From Candidatus Methylomirabilis sp. (GTDB lineage Bacteria; Muiribacteriota; Ozemobacteria; Ozemobacterales; Ozemobacteraceae): 64,000 bases of DNA. Position numbers and translations under genes: made by a program. The DNA lies in the NCBI GenBank assembly GCA_020722725.1, contig DYKG01000007.1:1181-65180 (forward strand), read 5' to 3'. Of the stretch, positions 20,568-30,400 are shown one piece after another (positions within the stretch are counted from its first letter, which is position 1; every line of letters begins with the position of its first letter). The notes under the pieces were generated by a model, which was not told the DNA's origin, searched no databases, and saw nothing but the letters and a program-made list of their open reading frames with translations.

Positions 20568-21518
20568 ATGCGATCCGGCCTGCTGGCTGTTATAACCCTG
20601 ATCATGCTTTTCTCCACCTGCCTGGTGCGGGCGGATTCCGCTGTTGATCACCAGACCTTTCTACAGCAGAAACTGGTGACCTTCGGTCTTGCTGGCACTC
20701 CATGGGAAAACGAATCTGCATTCGACGAAGAACGCTCACGCGCCTGGATGGACGCGCTGCATCACGCTTATGAAAAAATTCTTGAATTGCCATTGATGGA
20801 AGGGAAACTGGTTCGCCATGTTCTGCAGACCAACCCGGCTCTCAAGCAGCGACTGGGCATGATTCTTCTTTCTGCTGAAAAAAGCTTTTACCAGCCGGAT
20901 GCAACCGGTTTACTGCGGTGCCGCATTGAAGTTCCGCTTTTCGGTAAGCTCAGCCTGAGATCTGCTCTTTATCTGGCGGCCCTGCGACCACAGTCTCAGC
21001 AGCCAGTAAGCTTTCTTGCCAGCTGGACGGCAAGGCCGAAAGAAGAAAAGCTTCCGGTTCCCGAATGTCGCAAACTGGTTGTCGATGTTCGCCAGTTTTA
21101 CTTCGAGCCTTCCTTGTTTCCAAGATTTTTTGATAGTAATGGAACCCTGTTGTTCCAGGAATCAATGATTCCACAGCCTGAACGTTTCAGTCGCCCGGCG
21201 GTAAAATTTGCGTTCGACACCGTAACTGCCAGAGAAAGCATGGAAGAAGGCGAATATTTCTATGTTTCAGCCAGCGTGCATGAGCTTGCGGCACGTGACG
21301 TAACGATTGCTGATGTTGATGCAAAAGTTGCAACAGCTTTCTGTGAGCAGATGATCAAACACCCCAATCGTGAACTTGAAATCGTAATTGTTTATGACCC
21401 GGCGAAAAAGCCGGTTTCAGGTAAACTTTCAGCCCCGAAACCCGAAAAAAGCCAGAAAAAAGATCGGGACTCCAAAGAAGAACCCGGGGCAAATAAGGCA
21501 AATGGAGGCTTAAGATGA
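20568..21518 (+). CDS. Secreted hypothetical protein.
   Basis: An internal ATG at 20568 with a GGAG SD gives MRSGLLAVITLIMLFSTCLVRA (signal peptide). Confidence 0.5.
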   Translation: MRSGLLAVITLIMLFSTCLVRADSAVDHQTFLQQKLVTFGLAGTPWENESAFDEERSRAWMDALHHAYEKILELPLMEGKLVRHVLQTNPALKQRLGMILLSAEKSFYQPDATGLLRCRIEVPLFGKLSLRSALYLAALRPQSQQPVSFLASWTARPKEEKLPVPECRKLVVDVRQFYFEPSLFPRFFDSNGTLLFQESMIPQPERFSRPAVKFAFDTVTARESMEEGEYFYVSASVHELAARDVTIADVDAKVATAFCEQMIKHPNRELEIVIVYDPAKKPVSGKLSAPKPEKSQKKDRDSKEEPGANKANGGLR

Positions 21519-22447
21519 AAACCAGATTAACTGTAATTCTCATGATGCTGGTTCTTTGCAGCAGTTTGTCGGCATATGCCGCAGTTTCAATTTCTTCGGT
21601 CGACCAGACCAGAATCAGCAAGATTGAACGTTATATTTATGGTGATGAACAAAGTGGTGAAGCTGGTACCAGGCTCAATCAGCTTGAAGAGGATATGTTC
21701 GGGCACGCAACTGCCAAACCCGAAAACGAAAAAGTCAAATATCTGCATGATTTCATTTTCAAAGGTGCCACCGAATCACCTTCTCTTGACATGAAACTGA
21801 GCTTTCTTGAATGGAAGCTTTTCAACCACACCGGCACCGGCAGTCTCGAGGCCCGCCTCGCTGATCTCGACCGTCAGGTGATTGGCAATATTTCAAACGA
21901 GCCCCTGGCTTTTCGCCTCGAACAGCTGGTGCATCTGACCATTGAAAATGGTCTGATTTCTCTGCACCGGGTCAGAATTCCCCGTGGAACTGAAATCAAG
22001 CTGGTTCTGGGCAAATCGCTGTCGAGCCGCGATGCCAGAAAAGACGATCTGGTGCAGATGACGGTTGCTGATAACCTGTTTGTCGATCGCAACATTCTTG
22101 CGATGAGCAAAGGTGGAATCATCAGCGCTCGAATCAGAAGCGTCAGACGTGGTGGCCGCTTTGGCCGTACCGGCTACGTGAATCTGCAGATCAGAAACAT
22201 CGAAAGTATGGATTCAACCGAAATACCGGTTGAAGTGGCTTACGCCGGCATGGAAAAATTCGACAAAAAGAGAATCGGCATGGCCGCCGGAGCCTCAACC
22301 CTTGGTTACCTGGTTCTCGGCCCAATCGGCATTGCCGGCGGCGCTTTCGTAAAAGGCGACGACGTTGAAGTGCCCGCCGGAACCGAAATCTCCGTGCGCA
22401 CTCTGCATGACACCGACGTCACCGGCGTCCTTGTCCACCGAAAATAG
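21515..22447 (+). CDS. Secreted hypothetical protein with a C-terminal glycine-zipper segment.
   Basis: Signal peptide MKTRLTVILMMLVLCSSLSAYA. GxxxG-rich stretch GMAAGASTLGYLVLGPIGIAGGAF. ATGA overlap with the upstream gene. Confidence 0.5.
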   Translation: MKTRLTVILMMLVLCSSLSAYAAVSISSVDQTRISKIERYIYGDEQSGEAGTRLNQLEEDMFGHATAKPENEKVKYLHDFIFKGATESPSLDMKLSFLEWKLFNHTGTGSLEARLADLDRQVIGNISNEPLAFRLEQLVHLTIENGLISLHRVRIPRGTEIKLVLGKSLSSRDARKDDLVQMTVADNLFVDRNILAMSKGGIISARIRSVRRGGRFGRTGYVNLQIRNIESMDSTEIPVEVAYAGMEKFDKKRIGMAAGASTLGYLVLGPIGIAGGAFVKGDDVEVPAGTEISVRTLHDTDVTGVLVHRK

Positions 22448-22460
22448 ATAGCCTGTTGTC

Positions 22461-22500
22461 ATCGCCCGATGAGCTTGTGCCCTGCGGGTAATCGGGCGAT
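22461..22500 (+). promoter_or_regulatory. Perfect 10-bp inverted repeat (hairpin) in the gene18/lgt intergenic region.
   Basis: ATCGCCCGAT ... 20 nt ... ATCGGGCGAT, 14 nt after the stop at 22447. No U-tract follows. Confidence 0.3.
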
Positions 22501-22580
22501 CCATGCAAAACCGGTTCTCGAGATGCCCCGATAAGTTTTATTTGGCGACAATCGTCTCTCTTTGTGTTATTTTGTCAGGC

Positions 22581-23411
22581 ATGTATCCTATACTTTTAGA
22601 CTTGGGCCCGGTAAAAATCGGGTCTTACGGGGTTTTGCTCGCATGTGCCTTTTTGTCTGCTTTTTTGCTGATCAACTGGCAGTTTAAAAAAAATAATTGC
22701 GACGTAGAACTGGCCTGGGATCTTCATTTTCTCGCGATTTTCGGCGGCATGATTGGCTCGCGCCTGCTTTTTATTTTCGAGAATTTCGCCGAATTTCTCA
22801 AAGATCCGATGGCTATGATTTTTTCAACCACCGGCTTTTCGGTTCTGGGCGGCTACGTTCTGGCCATATTTTTATGCGTTATCCGGGTCAGACATTCAGG
22901 CGAGCCGCTGTTTAAAATGACCGATATTTATGTCCCCGGCATGGCGATCGGCTATGCAATCGGCCGCCTGGGCTGTATTGCCGCCGGTGACGGATGCTAC
23001 GGCATTCCCTGCAAGTTGCCCTGGGCCATGAGTTTTCCCGATGGGCTGGTCTCTACTCTGGCGGTTAAAAACCCCATACTGGCATCGCTTTGGGTAAAAC
23101 TTTTCCCGGGAGAAGCAGTGCCTGCAGATATTCCAGTGCACCCGACGCCGCTTTACGAATCTATATCATCGTTTGTGCTGCTGGCTATTCTTCTGCTGCC
23201 TTTCTGGAAACTGGGCAGCGGCCGTCGCTTTGCCTTTTTTCTCGTATGGTTCGGAATTTCGCGCTATCTGGTTGAATCGATCAGATTGAACCCCTTCGTT
23301 TATTGGGGCCTTTCATCGAGCCAGGTTCTTTCGCTGGTTTTCATTATTCTCGGCCTGCTGCTCTTCGTTTGGGTTGCCCGAACAGAAAAGCAAACTGCAA
23401 CGTTGAAATAA
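22581..23411 (+). CDS. lgt: Prolipoprotein diacylglyceryl transferase.
   Basis: The start MYPILLDLGPVKIGSYGVLLA aligns with the Lgt N-terminus. The Lgt signature GGMIGSRL/IGRLGCIAAGDGCYG is present. The ORF is open from 22503, but homology favours 22581. Confidence 0.8.
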   Translation: MYPILLDLGPVKIGSYGVLLACAFLSAFLLINWQFKKNNCDVELAWDLHFLAIFGGMIGSRLLFIFENFAEFLKDPMAMIFSTTGFSVLGGYVLAIFLCVIRVRHSGEPLFKMTDIYVPGMAIGYAIGRLGCIAAGDGCYGIPCKLPWAMSFPDGLVSTLAVKNPILASLWVKLFPGEAVPADIPVHPTPLYESISSFVLLAILLLPFWKLGSGRRFAFFLVWFGISRYLVESIRLNPFVYWGLSSSQVLSLVFIILGLLLFVWVARTEKQTATLK

Positions 23412-23466
23412 AAAAGCTTCTGTATTATTCTGGGGGTACAAATCAAGGGAAAGGCAAATCGCAGTT

Positions 23467-24390
23467 ATGGCTCTGATTCTCGTAAGAGAAATCGTTAAAG
23501 ATCAGGGTTTGTCAATTATCGCCGGCCAGGAAGGCCTTGACCGAAAGGTTATTTCAGCTGAAGTACACCGTCCGGGCCTTGAACTGGCTGGCTTTTTCGA
23601 GCATTTCGGCTATGAGCGCATCATCGTTCTCGGCCGCACCGAACTCGCCTATCTTGGCGAACAGACCGCTGAAACCCGCAAAGTCAGGCTGCGGCAGCTT
23701 CTTTTTTTTAATATTCCCTGCATCATAATTACCGATGACCTGCTGGTTCTCGATGAACTGATTGAGCTTTGTAATCAGAAGAGTGTTCCGCTGCTGCGCA
23801 CCGCGGCACGCACCGGCGAGTTCATTTACCAGCTGTCACGCTACCTTTACAATCGCTTTGCACCGCGCAAGAGCGTACATGGCGTTTTTGTCGAGGTTTA
23901 CGGCGTCGGCATTCTTATTATGGGCGCTTCAGGAATCGGAAAAAGCGAGTGTGCGCTTGAGCTGATCAAACGCGGGCATCGTCTGGTTGCCGATGATGCG
24001 GTGCAGCTGATGAAGATCAGCGACACCAAGGTTGTGGGTTCACCCGATGAAATGATTGCCCACCACATGGAAATCAGAGGCCTTGGCATCATCGACATCA
24101 GATCGCTTTTTGGTATCGCCGCGACCGCTGATGAAAAGCCGGTTGACATGGTAATCGTCCTGGAAAAATGGGATGACCGCAAAGAATACGACCGCCTGGG
24201 AATTCTGCAGCGTACCGTTAAATTTCTCAAAGTTGAAATTCCCAGCACCACGATTCCGGTTCGCGAAGGTCGTAATCTTGCCGTGGTTATTGAAACTGCC
24301 GCCATGAACTTTTATCTGCGGCGCATGGGCATTCTCAGCGCTGAAAAATTTTCGCGTCAGCTGCGCGCCAAGATGGCCGGAGAGTTCTGA
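23467..24390 (+). CDS. hprK: HPr kinase/phosphorylase.
   Basis: GVFVEVYGVGILIMGASGIGKSECALELIKRGHRLVADDAV (HprK Walker A region in the C-terminal domain). Confidence 0.85.
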   Translation: MALILVREIVKDQGLSIIAGQEGLDRKVISAEVHRPGLELAGFFEHFGYERIIVLGRTELAYLGEQTAETRKVRLRQLLFFNIPCIIITDDLLVLDELIELCNQKSVPLLRTAARTGEFIYQLSRYLYNRFAPRKSVHGVFVEVYGVGILIMGASGIGKSECALELIKRGHRLVADDAVQLMKISDTKVVGSPDEMIAHHMEIRGLGIIDIRSLFGIAATADEKPVDMVIVLEKWDDRKEYDRLGILQRTVKFLKVEIPSTTIPVREGRNLAVVIETAAMNFYLRRMGILSAEKFSRQLRAKMAGEF

Positions 24391-25724
24391 TGCTTCTTTC
24401 CCTGCGGCGAAAATTCAGCCACGAAATCAGGGCCCGCCGCTGGGTTGCGTTTTTGCTGCTTGGCCTGATCATGATGTGTTTCGGCTTTGTCTTTGCATCT
24501 CTGGCTACCATCGTTCTGGCACCCGCAAGTATTGAAACCATACGCAGCTTTCACCCGCTGGCTCTTGGTTTTTCAGCCCTTTCCGCTTTTCTTATCAGTT
24601 CGTTCTGGCTTTATCGCGGTTTCAGAACCGCTTTTCACATTCTTGACATCCGTGATTCCGAACTTTCGAGCCGTTTGCGTGATTTCGTTTTCAAGCGCAG
24701 TCCGGTTCATGAGAAGCAGATGTCGATGGTGGCACTCGGCGGCGGAACCGGCTTGAGCTTCCTGCTGAAAGGTCTGAAAGAGTTGCCCGTCGATCTTACC
24801 GCGATTGTTACCGTTACTGATGATGGCGGCTCGTCGGGCCGCCTGCGAAAAGAACTGCAGATTCTGCCGCCCGGCGATATACGCAACTGTCTGGTGGCTC
24901 TTTCAAGGTCTGAAAGCCTGTTATCGAAGCTTTTTCAATACCGTTTCGGCGAAGGCGGTGAAATCGAAGGCCATAGCTTCGGCAATCTTTTTATTGCCGC
25001 AATGACCGGGGTAATCGGCGATTTTGGCAATGCGGTACGTGAAGCCAGCAGCATTCTGGCGATCAAAGGCCATGTTATTCCGGTTACTACTGATAACGTT
25101 CAGCTCTCCGCCCGCTTTGATGATGGCCTTGAAGTTACCGGTGAAACCCAGATCAGCGGTGCCGGTAAGAAAATTTTCGCTGTTTCATTGAGCCCGCAGC
25201 AGCCAACCGCTAACCCCGAAGCCCTCAGTGCCATCGATGACGCCAATATGGTTGTTTTAGGCCCAGGCAGCCTTTATACCAGCGTGATTCCCAATTTGCT
25301 GGTGCCGGGGGTGGCAGAACGCATCAACAACTGTCGTGCCCGGGTCGTGTATATCTGCAACGTCATGACCCAGCCCGGCGAAACTGATTCTTTTAATGCT
25401 TACGATCACGTGAAAGCAGTTTTAGATAAAACCCCACTGGAGCGCATCGATATTGTCGTAGTCAATTCACGCCGTGCTGCCAAGCCCCTGCTCGCAAGAT
25501 ACGAAAGTAAGCGACAATACTGGGTGCCGCCAACCGTGAAAAAGATAGAAGAACTTGGCATCAGGGTCGTTGCTACCGACCTGCTGCTTGAGTCTGATCT
25601 TCTGCGCCATAATTCAAGCCTTCTGGCTGCAATTTTAATCAGCCTTTTGAATGAGCAGAAACCCGCCGCCGAAAGCAAAGATACCGTTGCCGATTACGAC
25701 TTCGACGATGACGACGAAGATTGA
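24390..25724 (+). CDS. yvcK: YvcK/CofD-family gluconeogenesis-factor-like protein with an N-terminal two-helix membrane anchor and a poly-acidic C-terminus.
   Basis: MVALGGGTGLSFLLKGL...VTVTDDGGSSGRLR...PPGDIRNCL core. Two N-terminal TM helices precede it and the protein ends DYDFDDDDED. TGATG overlap with hprK. Confidence 0.75.
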   Translation: MLLSLRRKFSHEIRARRWVAFLLLGLIMMCFGFVFASLATIVLAPASIETIRSFHPLALGFSALSAFLISSFWLYRGFRTAFHILDIRDSELSSRLRDFVFKRSPVHEKQMSMVALGGGTGLSFLLKGLKELPVDLTAIVTVTDDGGSSGRLRKELQILPPGDIRNCLVALSRSESLLSKLFQYRFGEGGEIEGHSFGNLFIAAMTGVIGDFGNAVREASSILAIKGHVIPVTTDNVQLSARFDDGLEVTGETQISGAGKKIFAVSLSPQQPTANPEALSAIDDANMVVLGPGSLYTSVIPNLLVPGVAERINNCRARVVYICNVMTQPGETDSFNAYDHVKAVLDKTPLERIDIVVVNSRRAAKPLLARYESKRQYWVPPTVKKIEELGIRVVATDLLLESDLLRHNSSLLAAILISLLNEQKPAAESKDTVADYDFDDDDED

Positions 25725-25735
25725 ACTTTTTTACG

Positions 25736-26632
25736 ATGCAGCGTGCTGATTATTCTCTGAGAATCAAAAAAGAAATGCTGGCAGCTGTTTCGCAACTGAC
25801 CTGCTGTCACCAGTCTTTTCTCGCCGGACTTCTTTCTGGTGCGCCTGAAAAACCTTTTGTCAGAACCAGACCTGGATTAATCAAACATTTAATTAAAAAA
25901 TTTAATTTTATTTTCGGTGAATCACAGAAAACTGTTTTCACAGGTTCAACATTGATTATGCCTGGTCTATCGCTTATTTCTCTGAGGCAGAAATATGTGG
26001 CAAGATTCAAGCTGCTTGCCGAAGATTCGCAGGGCTCAAATCATTGCCAGAATTCCTTTATGCAGGGCCTTTTCATTGCCCATGGTTACGTGCAGAATCC
26101 TGGTCGCGGATATCATCTTGAATTCAGAATTCGTGGGCGCTGGTTAAAATGTGCATTTAAAAAAACTGCAAGATTTCTTAAAATGCGCTTCAGCAGCTTT
26201 GAAAAAGGTCGGTTTTCGATTTTTTACTGCAAAAACAGTCGGCGCATCATTAAAATTCTCAATCAACTTGGAGTTTTCGAAAAAGCGCTTGAATTGTCAG
26301 ATTTTCTCGCAACCCGCAAACTTCTTTCAATGGTAAACCGTCAGGTTAATTCTGAAACCGGCAATATCAATCGCCAGATTTCCGCTGCGGAAAAAAGCAT
26401 TCTGCAAATTCAGCAACTGATCGAATTGCCTGAACAGGATTTCTGGACAGAGACTCTTTATCAGACTGCGGTTATTCGTCTGAAATTTCCTCATGACAGC
26501 CTGGAAAAACTCGGGGAAAGGTTCGGGCCTCCTTTAACCAAATCGGCGGTAAATCATCGTTTGCGCAGAATTAATGCCCTTTTTGCCAAAATAATCGGGC
26601 AAAACGAGAAAAACGATGATGACGAGGACTGA
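25736..26632 (+). CDS. whiA: DNA-binding protein WhiA.
   Basis: N-terminal LRIKKEM...LTCCHQSFLAGLL (LAGLIDADG-like) and C-terminal HTH KSAVNHRLRRINAL. Ends with the acidic tail NDDDED. An alternative TTG start at 25721 would overlap the yvcK stop. Confidence 0.75.
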   Translation: MQRADYSLRIKKEMLAAVSQLTCCHQSFLAGLLSGAPEKPFVRTRPGLIKHLIKKFNFIFGESQKTVFTGSTLIMPGLSLISLRQKYVARFKLLAEDSQGSNHCQNSFMQGLFIAHGYVQNPGRGYHLEFRIRGRWLKCAFKKTARFLKMRFSSFEKGRFSIFYCKNSRRIIKILNQLGVFEKALELSDFLATRKLLSMVNRQVNSETGNINRQISAAEKSILQIQQLIELPEQDFWTETLYQTAVIRLKFPHDSLEKLGERFGPPLTKSAVNHRLRRINALFAKIIGQNEKNDDDED

Positions 26633-26647
26633 TTGCGGTCAGGTTAT

Positions 26648-27268
26648 TTACTTTTTCAGGGGCAGCTCACGCTTGAGCTGGATCAATTGCCAGATTCCCG
26701 CCCCCAGAATAACAATTGAAATGATGATTTTTAAAATTGTCATCAAGTTGAAAACAGATTCCTGATTATTCTGCAACAGGCTCTGGTGCCTGATTACGGC
26801 GCTCTGGTCATTGGTAAGAATCGCATGGCTCAACAGCAGAATCCTGATCAATCGATCGTTGGGGTACTTGCTGACCCAGTTGTTTAACTGTAATACCACC
26901 TCTGGTGTGAATCCTTGCGTGTCAACGAAATAAATTAGTTTCTGCCGGGTCCAGTTGGTTTCCTGTGGTTCGGCTCTTTCGATGGTTAAAGGTTTATTGA
27001 GCCATTCCGGCTCAGGCATCGATGGGCTGATGGCTCTTACCTGCATCCAGATTCGTTTGGCTTCAGCAAAATCACCATTTTCATGAGCTTCTTTTGCAAT
27101 TCTCAACATGTGATAACTCATCCCCTGCTGCGGATCGCGCTTGAATTCAGCCTTTGCGAACAGCAGGTTGAACTGCAGCGCAAAAACCAGAAAAAACAAC
27201 AGAGATAAAATTTTGCACTGCGAAAATCTCATTTTTTCTCGGCCAACCTTTCGAACCTCGCCAGGCAT
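26648..27268 (-). CDS. Hypothetical bitopic membrane/secreted protein.
   Basis: N-terminal hydrophobic signal (probable start at the internal MRFSQCKILSLLFFLVFAL) and a C-terminal TM helix ILKIIISIVILGAGIW. Confidence 0.4.
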   Translation of the reverse strand: MPGEVRKVGREKMRFSQCKILSLLFFLVFALQFNLLFAKAEFKRDPQQGMSYHMLRIAKEAHENGDFAEAKRIWMQVRAISPSMPEPEWLNKPLTIERAEPQETNWTRQKLIYFVDTQGFTPEVVLQLNNWVSKYPNDRLIRILLLSHAILTNDQSAVIRHQSLLQNNQESVFNLMTILKIIISIVILGAGIWQLIQLKRELPLKK

Positions 27269-27413
27269 TTCTTTTTAAAATAGCATAAAATTTCGGTTTT
27301 CCGAAGTGTTTTGATTTATTTAAAAAAATCAGAATTCGGCAAATAAAAACTGGCGGTTTTCTTTGATGAAGTATAGAATTAGAGATAGATACTTGGTGGT
27401 CAGGAGAAAAGCT

Positions 27414-30400
27414 ATGTACAGAAATTATTTAAAACTGATATTTTCACCGGTTCTTGTCTTTATTTTTCTTGCAACTCAACCACTTTTCGCCCTGAACCAG
27501 TTGCGGAACCCGACTTTTGCCGGAAACGCCAACAAATGGACGCGTGATAACGGCGTCGGGACTGGAAACATCTTAAGTTATTTCAATTACGATTCTTACG
27601 GCGGTGGAAGTTTTCGAGGTGATCTGACCATTCCAAATCGGCGTCGCTATGGTATTCTTTACCAAGATTTTACCTCGCCCGCATACCCGGTTAATTGTTA
27701 TGTAAGAATAAGTCATCTCGATAAATGGTCCGGGGCGGCCGCATCAATTTTACTTCGGGGGTCTTTGAGAGACACCACCGTGGGAGCTTACCCCAACCAG
27801 GGACTGGTGATTTCGTTTCTTAACGACACCGCTCTCGATAATCCATCCTGGGAGTCAACCGGTTGGAGCTCCAGTGCAACTTTAAAGGCTTCAACGGCTT
27901 ATCGAGTCCAGATTTTCTGGACTTGCAAGACTGGCACCGGCTCTCAGGCCGGGGCTTATATAGATAACGTTTATTGTGTGGTCAGCCCCGGTAATTTGAC
28001 TGCCAATCCGTCCGGATCGGGAGTGAGTCTGAGCTGGTCTGCTTTAGCCGGACAGAATGTGACCCTCGACCATTACAACGTTTATCGAAGTACTACCTCA
28101 GGAAGCGGCTATACCCTTATCGGAACCTCAGCCGCCGGCACCACCACCTTTTACGATTCAGCTCCGCCTGTTGCAGAAGTAGTTTATTACGCAGTATCAG
28201 ACGTAGACACTCTGGGAAACGAATCACCAACTTCACCCGAAGCGCTTTATTTCCCATTTTTCGTAAAAGATGGTCTGCATGCTGACATTGATGAAACCTG
28301 GCTGAAAGATAGAATTGAAGCTAACTGGGTTAACCCCAAAACGACTTTGTTGAAATATCGCGGTTGCGCCGGAACTACGGCGGGCGGCAGCGACCTGGTC
28401 GGCTGGCAGGATCTCGGTCTGGCCAACCATCTGGTTTTTACCGGCCTCAGTCTTGCCAGCGGTACGACCTATTATGTTACCGTTCAGGCTGTTGACCAGT
28501 ATGGCGCCACTCAGCAGCAGTCTATCAGCGATGGGGTTACGGTTCGTGAGCACCGGATTTTAACCGATACTGCCTCAGGCACTTATTTTAATAATGCCCG
28601 AGTCGTTGACCTGATCAACCTTACAACCGACCCGCAATCATTCAGACCCGATACTTTCAGTTCTCCCGGGCTTTGGCGCTATCGACGCAAAATAACCGTA
28701 ACTGAGCCGGGTATAATTGATCGCATCAATGCCCCCTGCTATGTGGATTTTACCGTTCCTTCCGGGCAGATGGCCAATGTCAACGAAATTCGCGTAGCCG
28801 ACAGCAAGGGTAATGAAGTTCCGCGCTATAATTTGCCTGGAAGCACCACAACTGCACCAAAGATATCTATTCTGGTCAATCTGCGACAGGGCGAAACAGC
28901 CGATTATTGGGTTTATTGGGGCAATAACGGGGTCGGCGATCCGGCGGGAAACTATGGCTGGCTATTAAGCACCAACCAGACCGCCGATAAAGCCTGGACG
29001 CCTTATTATACCAGAAGATATCTGCCTGCCGGCCTCGAAACTGTTCCGTTGAACTATGCTTACAGCTGGCTCGAAGATTCCGCACCGCCAGATTACCCGG
29101 AAAACAATCTTAACGAATCCTGGGCCGAAGAGTTCGAATACAAAAATGGCACTGCCGCTGGAGGTTACAACAGTGCATGGCGCGATGACGCCAGAAGCAA
29201 TCTGATCAATCTTTTCGGTGGCAACTTTTATTTTTACGGCACCAATAATCGCCAATGGCGTGTCTGGTCTAACGGCCTTCTTTATGGCAGTATCGGTGGT
29301 GCGGAGACGGTTGACGCCAATGACTGGCGTTATTGCGGCTGGGCTGCCGGAGAATTCGATGACAACCTGCGCTTTCTCAGTGGTATAATCTGCCCATTCT
29401 GGGCTGACCTGAAATACGATAAGCCCGGTTTCCCCGATAACCCCGGGGTTTATCGTGATGCTCTCACCAGCCCGACCCGCGAAGTTTTTACCTGGCGTTG
29501 TAACATCTGGCTGCCATCCGGTGAGGAAGACGATATTTACATTTTTCAGACGGTTCTCTACCGGACTGGAGACATCGCCCATCGCTATGAATTTCTCAGT
29601 CCCCGTGCAACAACCGGTGGTGCAAGTTCCAACCCGATTGTTAATATTCACAACACCGCAGGTATTTCAGCAAATGATAACAGTGCCCCACGGCGGTTTC
29701 TCCAGAATACGCCGCTGGCAATCGGTATCGGCCAGACTCCTACCTCATTCTTTCAGAGCATGGATGCATTCAGAGGTTTCGTTACCGTGGGCCCGATCGA
29801 AGGCGCGGGAACTGGCATGGTCGCCGTATCGGAAATTCAGTCGATGGTTTTCGATTCGACCACTGCCACCCCCTACTGGGAAGAACTGCAATACGACTGT
29901 TCAGCTGCCGCCTCTGCCGAAATCGGCTTTTTTGTCAGAACCGGCCCGACCGCTTTGCCTGACCTGGGTGGCTGGAGCAACTGGATTCACGTTGCTACCG
30001 CAACCGCTAACGGTCACGCGGCAATTACCGCACCAAATCAGCGCTATATTCAACATCGCTGTCTGTTCATGAGGAATTCCGCTGCTGGTGCCATGCCGGT
30101 GGTCAGCGAAATCAGATTTATCTGTCGTGGTTTCTCAATCGACACGGTAGTTGCCGATACTCCCAACGGAGTTTCTCAGGGACAAAGCGGCATTCCGGTG
30201 CAGGTAACCTATAAAAGTCTGCATAATGCCGACATCAACATAACATCAACCGATCTTTCAATCGATCTGGGCTCATATACGGTTACACTTGATTCCCCGT
30301 TACCTTTGCCGTTCACTCTTCCCGTCGGCGGAACCGTGGTTGCAACCTTTCTCGTCGATGTGTGGCCCGATTCTCCGACCGGTACTGCAACGGTTCATGC

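Noticed and set aside
25721-25738. The TTG start for whiA used by the ORF track (overlapping the yvcK stop as TTGA).
   Set aside because: Alignment of the N-terminus with canonical WhiA (ETKKEL...CC...LSALL) favours the ATG at 25736. The TTG is kept only as an alternative.
28965-29651. Large antisense ORFs overlapping long CDSs (e.g. 28965..29651 and 30558..30836 inside the giant gene; 42834..43634 opposite 42615..43790; 57097..57693 opposite 56410..58152; 244..1138 plus-strand ORFs opposite the 5' lipoprotein).
   Set aside because: Their translations are low-complexity, Arg/Pro/Gly-rich, and lack signal peptides or motifs, whereas the opposing frames encode coherent domain-bearing proteins. 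They are treated as shadow ORFs.
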